A stretch of 64,000 nt of DNA from Sulfurovum sp. UBA5198 (GTDB taxonomy: Bacteria > Campylobacterota > Campylobacteria > Campylobacterales > Sulfurovaceae): positions 7,806 through 71,805 of the forward strand of contig DHVW01000007.1 of NCBI GenBank assembly GCA_002412865.1, written 5' to 3'. The translations under genes and the position numbers were made by a program. The notes beneath the pieces are model-generated. The model did not search any database. It was given only the letters and a program-made list of their open reading frames with translations, and was not told where the DNA came from. Positions 40,618 through 52,150 of this stretch are shown piece after piece. The number at the start of each line of letters is the position of its first letter. Position 1 is the stretch's first letter.

Positions 40618-41091
40618 GTGAATTTAACACACTTGGATGAAAAAAATAAACCGAAAATGGTAGATGTTTCAAATAAAGACGAAACAGTTCGCATTGCCAT
40701 AGCTAGTGGCATTATAGAGGTTGGCAAAATTGCATTTGATGCCGTGATAGCAAATGAGACAAAAAAAGGTCCAGTATTGCAAACAGCCGTAATAGCAGCT
40801 ATTATGGGTGCTAAACGCACGAGCGATCTTATACCTATGTGTCACCCACTTATGCTAACTTCAGTCAAGACAGACATAGAGGAGCTTAGTGATATTTCAA
40901 GCTTTCGCCTTACAGTCACAGCCAAGCTTAAGGGCAGAACTGGCGTGGAGATGGAGGCCCTCACTGGTGTAAGCGTAGGACTACTCACTATCTATGATAT
41001 GCTCAAAGCCATAGACAAATCAATGGTAATTAGAGATATTCAACTAGAACACAAAGAGGGTGGTAAATCTGGGGATTTCAACCGCCAATAA
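40618..41091 (+). CDS. moaC: cyclic pyranopterin monophosphate synthase
   Basis: 157 aa. GTG start after [22 protein letters not shown] and IPMCHPL motifs. Confidence 0.9.
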   Translation: MNLTHLDEKNKPKMVDVSNKDETVRIAIASGIIEVGKIAFDAVIANETKKGPVLQTAVIAAIMGAKRTSDLIPMCHPLMLTSVKTDIEELSDISSFRLTVTAKLKGRTGVEMEALTGVSVGLLTIYDMLKAIDKSMVIRDIQLEHKEGGKSGDFNRQ

Positions 41092-41115
41092 CATCGGACT
41101 TACAAGGAGATAAAA

Positions 41116-41388
41116 ATGATAACACTTGATGATAAAACAATAGAAAAACCAGTTATAGAATATCCAACAGAGTGGGGATACAAACTAATAGGCAAGGATT
41201 TAAACGCTCTTTTGGCATGCATCAAAGAGACTATGATGGACAAAGAACATACAACCAAAAGTGGAAATGTATCAAAAGCAGGAAAATACCATAGCCACAA
41301 TGTAAGCTGTATGGTACTAAGTCAAGAAGAGAGAGATGCAATCTTCAAAGCATTCCAAGATCATGAATCTGTGGAGATGGTAATTTAG
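41116..41388 (+). CDS. YbeD/HP0495-family (DUF493) protein
   Basis: 90 aa. The YPTEWGYKLIG signature is typical of DUF493. Confidence 0.6.
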   Translation: MITLDDKTIEKPVIEYPTEWGYKLIGKDLNALLACIKETMMDKEHTTKSGNVSKAGKYHSHNVSCMVLSQEERDAIFKAFQDHESVEMVI

Positions 41389-41837
41389 GATTTCTTCTCT
41401 TCACTAAACCATATTTGATGAATCAAAAACCAACCGATAGCAATATCTATCATCACATCAGCGAAGTTAAATACTGCAAAATCAAAACCACAATGCCATG
41501 CCACATAATCCACAACCCCACCATGTGTAAATCTATCCAATAGATTACCAAGTGCCGCTCCGACAAGCAATCCAGCAGGAATAGCGTAACTCTTGATGTA
41601 TCCTTCTTTGATAGTAAAGTAGATTAAAAATGAGACAAGAGCAAGCTGTATCCACTTGAGATAATCACCCAAAAAAGCTAGCATACTAAATGCAACACCA
41701 CGATTATAGTGAAGCTCTAGTGAGATGCAGTCACTCCACCAATAGGCTTGCTCAAATACAAACATATATTTTATAGTTTGATCTATTGCAAAAATAGCAA
41801 CTGCTATTAAGACAAATATTACAAAACTATTTTTCAA
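41385..41837 (-). CDS. lspA: lipoprotein signal peptidase II
   Basis: 150 aa, 4 TM helices. NRGVAFS and FNFADV motifs. Confidence 0.85.
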   Translation of the reverse strand: MKNSFVIFVLIAVAIFAIDQTIKYMFVFEQAYWWSDCISLELHYNRGVAFSMLAFLGDYLKWIQLALVSFLIYFTIKEGYIKSYAIPAGLLVGAALGNLLDRFTHGGVVDYVAWHCGFDFAVFNFADVMIDIAIGWFLIHQIWFSEEKKS

Positions 41838-43171
41838 GCAATAGCCTTAGCAAAAAATATTTTTGCCTCTTCCATTGTTTTGTCAAGCAGTGCATCATCT
41901 TTGCCTTCAAGCAACAGTCTTATTTTATTTTCAGTGCCAGAATATCTAAATAGATGACGCATATTAAGACTCTCTATTTTTGCACAAAACTCATCTATAC
42001 CATCTATCGTTGAGATTTCCGGCTTACTTGTTATTAGCATTGCGTGTTGTTTTTGTGGGTATGACTCATATGGATTAAATGCCTCACTTGCTTTTAGTCC
42101 GCTTTTTGCTAAATATGCTAAAGCTTGTAATGCACTTGATAGTCCATCGCCTGTTTTTGCATAGTCACTAAAGATTATATGTCCACTCTGTTCACCGCCG
42201 AAGTTAATGCCTTCTTTTTGCATCACTTCAACCACATGCTTATCGCCTACATCACTGCGATAGAAGTCTATACCGTGCTTTTTGAGATACTCCCCAAGTC
42301 CTTCATTACTCATCACGGTTGCTACCATGCCGTTGCCTTTTAGTAATCCTTCTGATTTAAGGTGCATTGCCAAAACAGCCATTAGTTTATCTCCGTCTAC
42401 TACTTCGCCTTTTTCATCTACCATCACAAGCCTATCAGCATCTCCATCAAGTGCAATGCCCACATCAGCTCTATATTCAAGTACAGCTTTAGCTAGATTT
42501 TCAGGATGCATAGCACCACACTGTTCATTTATATTAAATCCATTTGGTTTATTGCCAAGCACCACAATATCGGCGCCAAGCTCTTCGAGTATTGTAGGAG
42601 CAACCAAATACCCAGCACCATTGGCACAATCCACAACAACCCTTTTGCCAAGTAATGACAGATGCGGCGGAAATGAGTTTTTGATATGCACTATATAACG
42701 ACCTATTACATCATCTATTCTTTTTGATTTGCCTATCTCTTTTTCTATCGATTGTGACGCATGGATAGTCTCCATGTCATTAAAAATCTCTTCAATCAGC
42801 TTCTCTTTGTCTCTGTTGAGTTTATTTCCATTACAGTCAAAAAACTTAATCCCATTGTCATAAAATGGATTATGGCTAGCTGATATCATAACTCCAGCGT
42901 TACATCTCATGTCTTCTGTTAGAAATGCTATGGCTGGTGTTGGCAAAGGTCCGACCTGTATCACATCGAAGCCCACTGCTGTGAACCCTGATACTATCGC
43001 ATTTTCTACCATATAGCCACTTCTGCGAGTATCTTTGCCTACCAAAATTTTATTGCCAGATGCAAACTGACGAAAATATATTCCAGTTGCCATAGCAAGT
43101 CTCATCATATCAAAGGCATTAATCTTTTTACCAGCCTTACCTCGCACACCATCAGTTCCAAATAAAGACAT
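41834..43171 (-). CDS. glmM: phosphoglucosamine mutase
   Basis: 445 aa. LFGTDGVRG, phosphoserine loop SASHNP, DGDADR. Confidence 0.95.
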   Translation of the reverse strand: MSLFGTDGVRGKAGKKINAFDMMRLAMATGIYFRQFASGNKILVGKDTRRSGYMVENAIVSGFTAVGFDVIQVGPLPTPAIAFLTEDMRCNAGVMISASHNPFYDNGIKFFDCNGNKLNRDKEKLIEEIFNDMETIHASQSIEKEIGKSKRIDDVIGRYIVHIKNSFPPHLSLLGKRVVVDCANGAGYLVAPTILEELGADIVVLGNKPNGFNINEQCGAMHPENLAKAVLEYRADVGIALDGDADRLVMVDEKGEVVDGDKLMAVLAMHLKSEGLLKGNGMVATVMSNEGLGEYLKKHGIDFYRSDVGDKHVVEVMQKEGINFGGEQSGHIIFSDYAKTGDGLSSALQALAYLAKSGLKASEAFNPYESYPQKQHAMLITSKPEISTIDGIDEFCAKIESLNMRHLFRYSGTENKIRLLLEGKDDALLDKTMEEAKIFFAKAIA

Positions 43172-43260
43172 TTTAACTCCAAATTTTTAGATATAATTCT
43201 TGTAATTATAGCCAAAATATAATTGGAATCTCTAAACAAATAAAATTCGTGGGGCGGTAG

Positions 43261-44142
43261 ATGATAAGAGTGATACTACTATCGGCACTTATCATATTTA
43301 GTGGTTGCAAAGACGCTAAGCCAATACAAACAAATCTGATAACAAAACCTATGCTGTGGAAGATTTCAAAGAAAGGCACAAAAGATTCCTATTTATTTGG
43401 TACTTATCATACGAAAAATCCAAATATTACATCTCTAAACCCTACTATTTTAGGTGCATTTAAAGCGAGTGATAAACTATATACTGAATTGGCTCTCAGC
43501 GACGATGAGGCAACTGCTATAAATAAATTTGCGATGCTACATAAACCAATACCATTAAAAAATAGGTTAAGCCAAAAAACAATAGATAAAATCAAAAAAA
43601 CAGCTCCATCTACAAGCATATCTGAACTAGCATCTTTAAAAACATGGGCGATAGCAATAGTTCTGGATAGCAAAATGGAAAAAAGTGAATACGAAAAACT
43701 CCCAATTATGGACGAGAGACTAATCTTGCTTGCTAAAAACGACAAAAAAGAGAGAGGTGCGTTAGAAGAATGGAGGGAACAGCTTGGTTCATTAGACAAA
43801 CTTACCGAGCCAGAGCAAGAGGAGCTAGTATCTATCACGCTTGATATCACAGAGCCTAATGAGAGGGTATCAGTAGAGAAGTGGTATCTAGATGGCGACA
43901 TAGGTGCATATGATGAGCTTGAGAAGAAATTTATAAACGGCTCAAAACTTTACAAGAAAATTATGGTAGAGAGCAGAACAAATAGAAGTGCCACGATGGC
44001 CAGAAGGATTGATATTATTCTCTCAAGCAATCCAAATAGATCATACTTTTTTGCCATAGGTGCTGCACATATGCCTTCAAGCGATGGACTTATTACACTG
44101 CTAAAATCAAAAGGTTACGAAATAACAAGAGCTGAAAAATGA
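43261..44142 (+). CDS. TraB/GumN-family lipoprotein
   Basis: 293 aa. Lipobox FSGC. LFGTYH... and a C-terminal GAAHM motif. Confidence 0.6.
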   Translation: MIRVILLSALIIFSGCKDAKPIQTNLITKPMLWKISKKGTKDSYLFGTYHTKNPNITSLNPTILGAFKASDKLYTELALSDDEATAINKFAMLHKPIPLKNRLSQKTIDKIKKTAPSTSISELASLKTWAIAIVLDSKMEKSEYEKLPIMDERLILLAKNDKKERGALEEWREQLGSLDKLTEPEQEELVSITLDITEPNERVSVEKWYLDGDIGAYDELEKKFINGSKLYKKIMVESRTNRSATMARRIDIILSSNPNRSYFFAIGAAHMPSSDGLITLLKSKGYEITRAEK

Positions 44143-44238
44143 ATATTTAATCAAATCTTAATATTCAACAAGGTAAAATGTTGGAATTAATTGTCTAAAC
44201 TAAAAAGTTTACTCATAATACAAACCAAGGAAAACAAT

Positions 44239-44508
44239 ATGGCACATCACAAATCGGCGAAAAAAAGAATTTTACAAACAGCAGTAAAAACTGAAAGAAA
44301 TAGATATTATAGAACTCGTATCAAAAATATCACTAAAGCTGTTTTAGAAGCAGTAGCAGCAGCTAACAAAGAGACAGCAGTAGTTGCTTTCAAAATAGCT
44401 AACCAACAAATTCATTCAATGGTAAGCAAAGGTTTTATCAAAAAATCAACTGCATCAAGAAAAATAGGTCGTCTTCACAAAATGGTTAACGCTATCGAAG
44501 CTGCGTAA
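44239..44508 (+). CDS. rpsT: 30S ribosomal protein S20
   Basis: 89 aa from the internal ATG: [22 protein letters not shown]. Confidence 0.9.
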   Translation: MAHHKSAKKRILQTAVKTERNRYYRTRIKNITKAVLEAVAAANKETAVVAFKIANQQIHSMVSKGFIKKSTASRKIGRLHKMVNAIEAA

Positions 44509-44553
44509 GCAGTTTTGGTTCACCAATCCCCTACTCATTACAAAGCATTTTAA

Positions 44554-45621
44554 ATGTTAAAAGAAAAATTACTCCCATTTATCGAAAGATACGACGAACT
44601 CAATAGACTTCTTAGTGCTCCAGATATTAGCGATGATATTAAACGGATGACAGAACTTAGTAAAGAGCAATCTTCTCTATCGTCAATAGTTGAAAAAGCA
44701 CAAAAGTATATCTCTACCTCTGAAGCAATTGATGACAATAAAGAGTTGTTATTTGATGCCGAATTAGGTGAACTTGCAAAAGAAGAGCTTCCTCTGCTAG
44801 AAGCTGAGCTGCTAACCTTAGAAGATGAGATAAAAGTTTTAATGATACCAAAAGACAAAAACGATGACAAAGATATATTTATAGAGCTTCGTGCTGGTGC
44901 AGGTGGGGACGAGAGTGCTCTATTTGTCGCTGATGTTTTTAAAATGTATATTAGATATGCTGAAATTTCAGGCTGGAAAAGTGAGATAGTAAGTACAAGC
45001 GATGGTACAGCTGGTGGATACAAAGAGATGATATTTCAGCTAAAAGGTAGCGGAATATACTCGAAGCTAAAATATGAATCAGGCACACATAGGGTTCAAA
45101 GAGTTCCAGATACTGAGACTCAGGGTCGCGTGCATACTTCTGCTATTACAGTTGCAGTTATTCCAGAGGTCGATGATGTAGAGGTAGACATCAAGCCTAA
45201 TGAGATAAAAATGGATGTTTATCGTTCGAGTGGGTGTGGTGGTCAATCAGTAAACACCACAGACTCAGCAGTTAGATTGACTCACATACCTACTGGCATA
45301 GTAGTGGCTATACAAGATGAAAAATCACAACATAAAAATCGCGAAAAAGCAATGAAAGTATTAAAAGCTAGAGTTTATGAACAAGCCATGCAAGCACAAC
45401 TAGATGTGGCGTCAGCCGATAGAAAGCTACAAGTAGGAACCGGTGATAGATCTGAAAAGATTCGTACTTATAACTATCCTCAAAATCGTCTAACCGACCA
45501 CCGTATTGGTTTGACTATTTATGCACTTGATGATGTTATGGAAAATGGCAACTTAAAGCTAATAATTGATCCACTCATTGCTCATGCACAAGCAGAGGCA
45601 ATTACAGCTGCTGGGCTTTAA
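44554..45621 (+). CDS. prfA: peptide chain release factor 1
   Basis: 355 aa. [18 protein letters not shown] (PxT tripeptide region) and SGCGGQSVN (GGQ). Confidence 0.97.
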   Translation: MLKEKLLPFIERYDELNRLLSAPDISDDIKRMTELSKEQSSLSSIVEKAQKYISTSEAIDDNKELLFDAELGELAKEELPLLEAELLTLEDEIKVLMIPKDKNDDKDIFIELRAGAGGDESALFVADVFKMYIRYAEISGWKSEIVSTSDGTAGGYKEMIFQLKGSGIYSKLKYESGTHRVQRVPDTETQGRVHTSAITVAVIPEVDDVEVDIKPNEIKMDVYRSSGCGGQSVNTTDSAVRLTHIPTGIVVAIQDEKSQHKNREKAMKVLKARVYEQAMQAQLDVASADRKLQVGTGDRSEKIRTYNYPQNRLTDHRIGLTIYALDDVMENGNLKLIIDPLIAHAQAEAITAAGL

Positions 45622-45642
45622 GCGTCAAAGCCCAGTTTCTTC
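45611..45642 (+). terminator. Rho-independent terminator of prfA
   Basis: CTGGGCTTT-AAGCGTC-AAAGCCCAG followed by TTTCTTC. The stem includes the stop codon. Confidence 0.7.
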
Positions 45643-45650
45643 ATAAAAAT

Positions 45651-46250
45651 TTAATCTTTTCTATATTTAAAATACCATACAAGACTTCCTATTGTTGCTA
45701 GCAGCATATCTTTATGTGCATCCCATATATCACCCTGCTGTCCATTGTAAGATTCAGCGTCAGCTGCGGTAAGCCCTAGTGCCACAAGCCACTCAGTCCA
45801 TTCGTAAACCACGCTCGAAACTACAACAATACCAACTGTTAAAACAAATGAGTGAATTTTCGTTGTATTATATCTACATTCTAATTGTGAAACAATAGCT
45901 GGAGTCAATAGCAATCCATATAATAAATGAACAAACCTATCATAGTGATTTCTACTCAAGTCAAACAGTTCATTCAAATTTATACTGCTTATGTAGTAAA
46001 ACCAATCATTATATGGAACAAAACTATAAAGCCATCTCGCACCAATTGTATGTGCCACGAGAAATATTATGATTAATGAAAAATCAAAATTTTTCATTGT
46101 ACATTTTGTATTCAACCTCCATATGACAAGTAGACCAACAAAAGTGAGAGAACTATGCATAAGCTGCTCGTATGGGTGCAGTGGGTAAACCCATGTGACT
46201 ACCATAAAAAGGACAAATAAAGCTGTAAGCCTTTGTTTAAAATTCATCAT
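45651..46250 (-). CDS. multi-TM membrane protein (YjdF/DUF2238-like)
   Basis: 199 aa, about 6 TM helices. The family assignment is tentative. Confidence 0.4.
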   Translation of the reverse strand: MMNFKQRLTALFVLFMVVTWVYPLHPYEQLMHSSLTFVGLLVIWRLNTKCTMKNFDFSLIIIFLVAHTIGARWLYSFVPYNDWFYYISSINLNELFDLSRNHYDRFVHLLYGLLLTPAIVSQLECRYNTTKIHSFVLTVGIVVVSSVVYEWTEWLVALGLTAADAESYNGQQGDIWDAHKDMLLATIGSLVWYFKYRKD

Positions 46251-47473
46251 GCCTCTATATAGTCCAAGTCTTTATGGAATGTTTCACGAGTCATATAAAG
46301 CATAATAAAACCAAGTGAAAATACTACTATACCCACAGTTGCACCAGCTAATAATATACCGATGCTTCCTTTTAGGTACATAAAGCTCATGGTTACTGGC
46401 ACTACTGAACCCCTCACAAAATTAGGAACTGTTGTGGCTACTGTGGCACGGATATTCGTCCCAAACTGTTCTGCTGCCATCGTAATAAATAGAGCCCAAT
46501 ACCCGCAAAATAATCCAAGTAAGAACATTGCAAAATAAAACTGATTAGCTCCAGCACCACTAAGCGTATAGTAATAAGCTACACTAGCAGCAGATAGCCC
46601 AAGGAAAAGCATATAAGCTTTTTTACGACTTTGTAGTTTTTGAGATAGATACCCACTAGCTAAATCTCCTACACTTAGCCCGATATAGCAATACATAAGA
46701 GCCTGACCAGCCTTTATCTCACCATCTATATCAAGTGCAACGGCAAATTCTGGCGAGAACATCACAAGTACGCCCACAACATACCATAAGGGTACACCAA
46801 TAAGTATCGCTTTTATATATTTTGCAAAAATCTCTCTATCTTTAAATAACGAGAAGAAATCACCTCGCTTTATTTTATCGCTTTGAGTATGCGTAAACAT
46901 ATCAGATTCGCGAACTTTAAACCTAAGGAATAGTAGTGCAAAACCAAGCAGCCCTCCGAATATATAAGCATTTCTCCAGTCAAAATGAGTGGCTACTATG
47001 TTGGCGGCCACAACACCCAAAACTCCAAAAGCAGCTATCGCCATTACTCCATAGCCCCTAAGGTGCTTAGGCAATATCTCTGCTACCAGTGTAACTCCAG
47101 CCCCGAGCTCACCAGCTAAACCTATGCCAGCTATAAATCTCAAAATTGCGTACTGCTCAACTGTGGTCACAAATGCATTTAGTGTGTTGGCTGCTGAATA
47201 TAGAAGGATGCTAGCAAAAAGCACAGACATTCTGCCTTTTTTGTCACCCATTATCCCCCAAAGTATACCACCAATTAACATTCCTATCATTTGCATATTT
47301 AGAATAATACTACCCCAATGCATGATACCATCTTTGTCAAGCCCAAGCTCTGTAAGACTCTGTACCCTAACCACACCAAAAAGTATTAAATCATAAATAT
47401 CTACAAAATAACCCATCGCTATTACGATCACAGGGAGTGTCAAAACTTGACGCATTATTGAAACTTTATTCAT
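46247..47473 (-). CDS. MFS transporter
   Basis: 408 aa, 12 TM helices. GDKKGRM loop 2-3 motif. Confidence 0.75.
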   Translation of the reverse strand: MNKVSIMRQVLTLPVIVIAMGYFVDIYDLILFGVVRVQSLTELGLDKDGIMHWGSIILNMQMIGMLIGGILWGIMGDKKGRMSVLFASILLYSAANTLNAFVTTVEQYAILRFIAGIGLAGELGAGVTLVAEILPKHLRGYGVMAIAAFGVLGVVAANIVATHFDWRNAYIFGGLLGFALLFLRFKVRESDMFTHTQSDKIKRGDFFSLFKDREIFAKYIKAILIGVPLWYVVGVLVMFSPEFAVALDIDGEIKAGQALMYCYIGLSVGDLASGYLSQKLQSRKKAYMLFLGLSAASVAYYYTLSGAGANQFYFAMFLLGLFCGYWALFITMAAEQFGTNIRATVATTVPNFVRGSVVPVTMSFMYLKGSIGILLAGATVGIVVFSLGFIMLYMTRETFHKDLDYIEA

Positions 47474-48915
47474 TTTATAGTTTCTTTATCGAGTTCGCCA
47501 CTTTTTAATTTGGCTAGATATTCTCTTAGCATTATTCTTACATCGCCAGACATCACAAGAAGTCCAATCACATTTGGTACTGCCATCGCTAGGAATAATA
47601 TAGATGCAAAATCCACCATTGTTCCAGTGTCCACAATAGTAGCAATAACAACAAAAGCCAAAAATATCATTTTATACACTATAACGCTTTTCGTTCCAAA
47701 TAGATATGCCCATGCAATCTCTCCGTAATATGACCACGCAATAAGAGTAGAAAATGCAAACATAAATATAGAAAATGCCAACACTGCTGGGAACCATGAA
47801 ATTGACATTCTAAACGCTTCCGCTGTGAGTCCTGAACCATTTTTTGCATCTATTAGTTCTTTAAATCCATTAGCAGGGTCATATACTCCAGTAATAACAA
47901 TCACAAGTGCTGTCATTGTGCAAACTATCACTGTATCGATAAATGGCTCATATAGTGCAACAATTCCTTGGCGAACAGGATATTTTACTTTTGCCGTTGA
48001 GTGGGCGATAGGTGCCGAACCAAGACCAGCTTCACTACTAAATACAGCTCGCTGGAAACCTTGCACGATTACACCAACCATACCACCTGCTACCGCTATT
48101 GGAGCAAATGCTTCACTAAAAATCTTTGATACGGCCATTGGCACAAGGTCATAATTAGAAAATATTATCCAAAGTGCGGCACTCACATAGACAATTATCA
48201 TCAAAGGTACAATCTTTTCGGTCACTTCACCGATTCGTTTTATCCCGCCAAGAATTACTGCACCTGTAAGTGTGGCTACAATAATGCCAAAAACCCATGG
48301 GTACTCTTTGAAAAAGCCAATCTCATTGCTAACGGCACCAAGTGCTTGTGATACTTGAAAAGTATTGCCTCCGCCAATAGCTCCACCTATTAGAAATATT
48401 GCAAATATCACAGCTAAAACCTTGCCTACTTTTGGAAAGCCTTTCTCTGCAAAGCCTTTGTTTAGATATCCCATTCCACCACCGATAATAGTACCATCAG
48501 GTAAAAATTCTCTATATTTTAAAGAGAGTGTCACCTCCGTAAACTTGAGTGTCATTCCCAGAAATCCAGCAACAATCATCCAAAATGTTGCCCCTGGTCC
48601 ACCTATACTAACAGCAATAGCTACTCCTGCGATATTTCCCAGTCCCACAGTAGCCGAAAGAGCGGTAGTTAGGGATTGTCTCGGCTCTAGAATACCAACA
48701 TCATCGGCTGTTTTATAGTCACCTTTTATTATGCGATATGAATGCCTGAACATTCGTAGATTTATAAAACTAAATTTAAGTGTTAAATAAACACCGCCAA
48801 AAATGAGCAGGGCAACGACAAATGGAACTTTTGCTCCATCTATTAATCCAAAAAAAATATCAAAAAAAAGTGCGTTATCTAAAAATCCAGTTATGTGCTT
48901 AAATAATTCGTTCAT
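47470..48915 (-). CDS. alanine/glycine:cation symporter (AGCS family)
   Basis: 481 aa. Multi-TM with TVGLGNIAGVA and SSEAGLGSAP motifs. Confidence 0.85.
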   Translation of the reverse strand: MNELFKHITGFLDNALFFDIFFGLIDGAKVPFVVALLIFGGVYLTLKFSFINLRMFRHSYRIIKGDYKTADDVGILEPRQSLTTALSATVGLGNIAGVAIAVSIGGPGATFWMIVAGFLGMTLKFTEVTLSLKYREFLPDGTIIGGGMGYLNKGFAEKGFPKVGKVLAVIFAIFLIGGAIGGGNTFQVSQALGAVSNEIGFFKEYPWVFGIIVATLTGAVILGGIKRIGEVTEKIVPLMIIVYVSAALWIIFSNYDLVPMAVSKIFSEAFAPIAVAGGMVGVIVQGFQRAVFSSEAGLGSAPIAHSTAKVKYPVRQGIVALYEPFIDTVIVCTMTALVIVITGVYDPANGFKELIDAKNGSGLTAEAFRMSISWFPAVLAFSIFMFAFSTLIAWSYYGEIAWAYLFGTKSVIVYKMIFLAFVVIATIVDTGTMVDFASILFLAMAVPNVIGLLVMSGDVRIMLREYLAKLKSGELDKETIK

Positions 48916-49044
48916 GCGTGCTACCAGCCTATTATAAATTTATTTTATTTTAACATATTTGGGCTTTGTGACAAGCGTGAAATGCCAAGTAAGCTTTTAG
49001 CTCTTAAACACAATAATGATACAATGGCATATTAAAAAAATGGA

Positions 49045-49500
49045 ATGGCTATGCAAAAATATAAAAAACCAAAACAAAATATATCAAAAAATAAAATAGA
49101 ACCATACGCAACAAACTCTAGCAAAATCAAAGCATTTATTACTGATAATTTTTTACTTATGATGCCAATTATATATATTGTATTTTATATAGTAATGGGA
49201 GGCAGAGAAGAGTTTCGCGACAATTTATTTATCGGATGGATAATGATATTTGCTCCCCTAGTGATTATTCAGTCAATTTTTTTATCAAGAAGCGGTCAGA
49301 CACCTGGCTACAAAGCATATCAAATAAAATTGCTAGATGATATTAGCGGCAAAAAGCCATCATTTCTTGTCGCACTCTTTAGGAGCATATTGGCACTATT
49401 ATCATTTTTTACAATATTTGGTTGGCTAATGATGTTTATGAGAAAAGATAGAAAAACACTTCATGATTTACTTAGCAACACAGCGGTTTACAAAGCATAA
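49045..49500 (+). CDS. RDD-family membrane protein
   Basis: 151 aa, 3 TM helices. GQTPGYKAY and the RKDRKTLHDLLSNT tail are typical of RDD proteins. Confidence 0.55.
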   Translation: MAMQKYKKPKQNISKNKIEPYATNSSKIKAFITDNFLLMMPIIYIVFYIVMGGREEFRDNLFIGWIMIFAPLVIIQSIFLSRSGQTPGYKAYQIKLLDDISGKKPSFLVALFRSILALLSFFTIFGWLMMFMRKDRKTLHDLLSNTAVYKA

Positions 49501-50624
49501 TGAATAGATCATCGTTTGCGATTGTGTGGCTTTTGCGTGGTTACTATTTTTTCTATTTTGCAATGGTCGGTGTATATATAGTTTTTTTACCAAAAATACT
49601 CACAGACCTTGGGTATAGTCCAGCTGAAGTTGGAATAATTTACGCGGCAGCTCCTATGATGAGATTTTTATTGCCATTTGTTTTCCAGCATATTATTGAA
49701 CTTAATTATAAAATTTTTGCTATATCACTTTTTGCTACTCTAATTGCAGTTATTATGTTTTGGTTTTCTATTCATAATTTTTGGAGCTATTTAGCCGTAA
49801 ACATACTTTTTGGTGCAGCAATGGGAATATCTTTGCCTTATATTGAGACTATTGCTCTTGGAATACTGGACAAAACCAAATATGGCAAAGTAAGACTTTG
49901 GGGTTCAATTGGCTTTATGCTTATTGTTATATGGCTAGGTCGCATACTTGACACCGCAGAACAAGGCTTATTATATCTTTTTGCTACTGCACTTCTTACG
50001 CTTTTGCTTGGTATTATGGTTGGCAAATCTGATAACAAACAGTCATATGACACAGAAGATACCAGCTCTTTTTCAATCATAGCCCATGCTCCACTTTGGC
50101 TTTCAATATTACTTATGCAAATAAGCTTTGGTGGTTTTTATAGTTTCTTTACGATATATGAAACAGCACATGGTATCTCTCTTGAGATGAGTAGTTGGCT
50201 ATGGGGATTTGGTGTAATATGCGAAATAGCAATGCTCTATTTTCAAGGTCCATTGCTAAAAAGAAACTTGCTTAATATTATAAAATTTGCTACGCTAGTT
50301 ACAGTATTTAGATGGCTATTATTATATATATTTCCTGATTCAATTGGGACTGCTTTTTTATCACAATCAATGCACGCAATTAGCTTTGCTCTTTATCATA
50401 CTGCAATGATTAGTTATATATACAGTCTATATACCCAAAAAAGACTTGCTCAGCAGTTTTTTCTAGGCATTGGGTTTGGACTTGGTGGTTCGCTTGGTGC
50501 ATATTTAGCTGGCATATTTTATGGGCATAATCTTTTTTTACTTGAATCTATAATAGCTTTATTGGCATTTGCAGTATTATTTTTACCACACAAAAAGGAG
50601 ATGAAAAATGCAAGCCAAATATAA
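49500..50624 (+). CDS. MFS-like transporter (MFS_1_like / PPP-type)
   Basis: 374 aa, about 11-12 TM helices. The ATG overlaps the upstream TAA. Confidence 0.6.
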   Translation: MNRSSFAIVWLLRGYYFFYFAMVGVYIVFLPKILTDLGYSPAEVGIIYAAAPMMRFLLPFVFQHIIELNYKIFAISLFATLIAVIMFWFSIHNFWSYLAVNILFGAAMGISLPYIETIALGILDKTKYGKVRLWGSIGFMLIVIWLGRILDTAEQGLLYLFATALLTLLLGIMVGKSDNKQSYDTEDTSSFSIIAHAPLWLSILLMQISFGGFYSFFTIYETAHGISLEMSSWLWGFGVICEIAMLYFQGPLLKRNLLNIIKFATLVTVFRWLLLYIFPDSIGTAFLSQSMHAISFALYHTAMISYIYSLYTQKRLAQQFFLGIGFGLGGSLGAYLAGIFYGHNLFLLESIIALLAFAVLFLPHKKEMKNASQI

Positions 50625-51183
50625 TACGGCGGTAATATTCGCAGGCGGAAAAAGTAGTCGCATGGGAACAGATAAAGCTCTTTTACCATTTGGTGGCCAT
50701 AATTCAATGGCAGAATACTTATGTCAAAAGCTCACAAAAATATTTCAAAATGTTTATATATCAGCAAAAAGCGATAAATTTGATTTTTCACCAACAGTTA
50801 TTATTGATAACTATGAGCAAAGTTCTCCAATGGTTGGACTAGTATCTATATTTGAGACGATTGATTACGATGAGATATTTATAATAAGCGTCGACTCTCC
50901 ATTAATTACACAAGAAATTATTGATATGTTATACAAAAATGCAAGTGAGCATATAAATGCAGATGCGATTATCGCAACCAGTCCTGATGGTATAGAGCCT
51001 ATGTGCGGTATATATAGACGAACTATCTATCCTCTGGCAAAAAAGTATTTAAATGATGATATGCATCAGCTAATGAAGCTTTTAAAAAATAGTACCACAG
51101 AGTATCTAGAGTTTGGTTCAAATAAAGAGTTTTTAAATCTAAACTCTCCAGACCAATATGAGATAGCAATTGCTAAATATTAA
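50608..51183 (+). CDS. mobA: molybdenum cofactor guanylyltransferase
   Basis: 191 aa. VIFAGGKSSRMGTDKALLPFGG and a later SVDSP motif. Confidence 0.8.
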   Translation: MQAKYNTAVIFAGGKSSRMGTDKALLPFGGHNSMAEYLCQKLTKIFQNVYISAKSDKFDFSPTVIIDNYEQSSPMVGLVSIFETIDYDEIFIISVDSPLITQEIIDMLYKNASEHINADAIIATSPDGIEPMCGIYRRTIYPLAKKYLNDDMHQLMKLLKNSTTEYLEFGSNKEFLNLNSPDQYEIAIAKY

Positions 51184-52079
51184 TCTCTTTTTTCGTCTAA
51201 AATAGTTTTTATCATTTTTTTGGCAAAGAATGTAAATTTGTCAAAAAGTTCACTTCTAAGCTTATCTTTGTGGTGAATCATATGCAAATCTCTTTTGCAT
51301 TCAAACTTTTTAATATTCGCTCTATGTAGAGTGCCATCCAAAATATCTTTTTCAACTGCAAGCTGAGATAGACAGGCTAAAGTATCGCTGCCTTTTAATA
51401 CACTTTTGATTGATTCAGTATGTCCAAGCTCTAAAAATATATTCAAATTATTACATTTATCTTTGATATGCTCCAAAAACATCTCTCTAGTGCCACTACC
51501 TTTTTCTCTCAAAACCCACTTATGATCACTTAAGTCATTCATGTTGCATGGTGTACTAAATTTATCTGTTGAAGAAACTACTAATAATTCATCAACTCCG
51601 ATTATCTCTTTGGCAAGTTCTGAGTCACTCACTCCACCCTCTACAAAGCCTATATCAATTTGACCATCTTTAATCATTTCAATTATTGCTTTTGTATTTC
51701 CTTCTTTGAGGGAAATCTTTACATCAGGGTACTCGCTCATATAGTTACAGATAATTGTTGGCATCATATAGTCAACAATTGTTGTGCTAGCACCCACTCT
51801 AATTATGCCTTTGTTTGGTGAGAATTGGAACTCATTTTGGACATCAATTATTTTTTTATAAAGAGGTTTGATTTCTTCATAAAAAGCTCTACCTACTTCG
51901 TTTAGTATTAATCGTTTGCTTATTCTATCAAATAGCTGTTTACCAAGCGTCGTTTCTAGCTCTTTTATTGACATAGATACAGCTGATTGACTAAGTCCCA
52001 TATCTTTAGACACAGAAGTCAGATGCCCTACTGATACTACATTCAAAAAAATCTCAATTTGTCTTAGTGTTATGCTCAC
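51180..52079 (-). CDS. LysR-family transcriptional regulator
   Basis: 299 aa. N-terminal wHTH (LRQIEIFLNVVSVGHLTSVSKDMGLSQSAVSMSIKELE) plus a substrate-binding domain. Confidence 0.85.
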   Translation of the reverse strand: MSITLRQIEIFLNVVSVGHLTSVSKDMGLSQSAVSMSIKELETTLGKQLFDRISKRLILNEVGRAFYEEIKPLYKKIIDVQNEFQFSPNKGIIRVGASTTIVDYMMPTIICNYMSEYPDVKISLKEGNTKAIIEMIKDGQIDIGFVEGGVSDSELAKEIIGVDELLVVSSTDKFSTPCNMNDLSDHKWVLREKGSGTREMFLEHIKDKCNNLNIFLELGHTESIKSVLKGSDTLACLSQLAVEKDILDGTLHRANIKKFECKRDLHMIHHKDKLRSELFDKFTFFAKKMIKTILDEKRD

Positions 52080-52150
52080 TTATTTACCTACTATATTAAA
52101 TTTACACGATTATAACACGATTATTCTTAAATATTACTTCTTAACTATTA

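Noticed and set aside
43407-43901. 164-aa minus-strand ORF inside the TraB/GumN gene. The same applies to 42282-42698 (inside glmM), 3579-3887 (inside tsf) and the antisense ORFs inside the aas, topA and Mo-enzyme genes.
   Set aside because: These are shadow ORFs within confidently assigned genes. Their composition is Ser/Leu/Pro-rich, as is typical of antisense frames.
44550-45023. 157-aa minus-strand ORF antisense to prfA
   Set aside because: Ser/Leu-rich and low-complexity. It lies entirely inside the strongly supported RF1 gene, a typical antisense shadow ORF.
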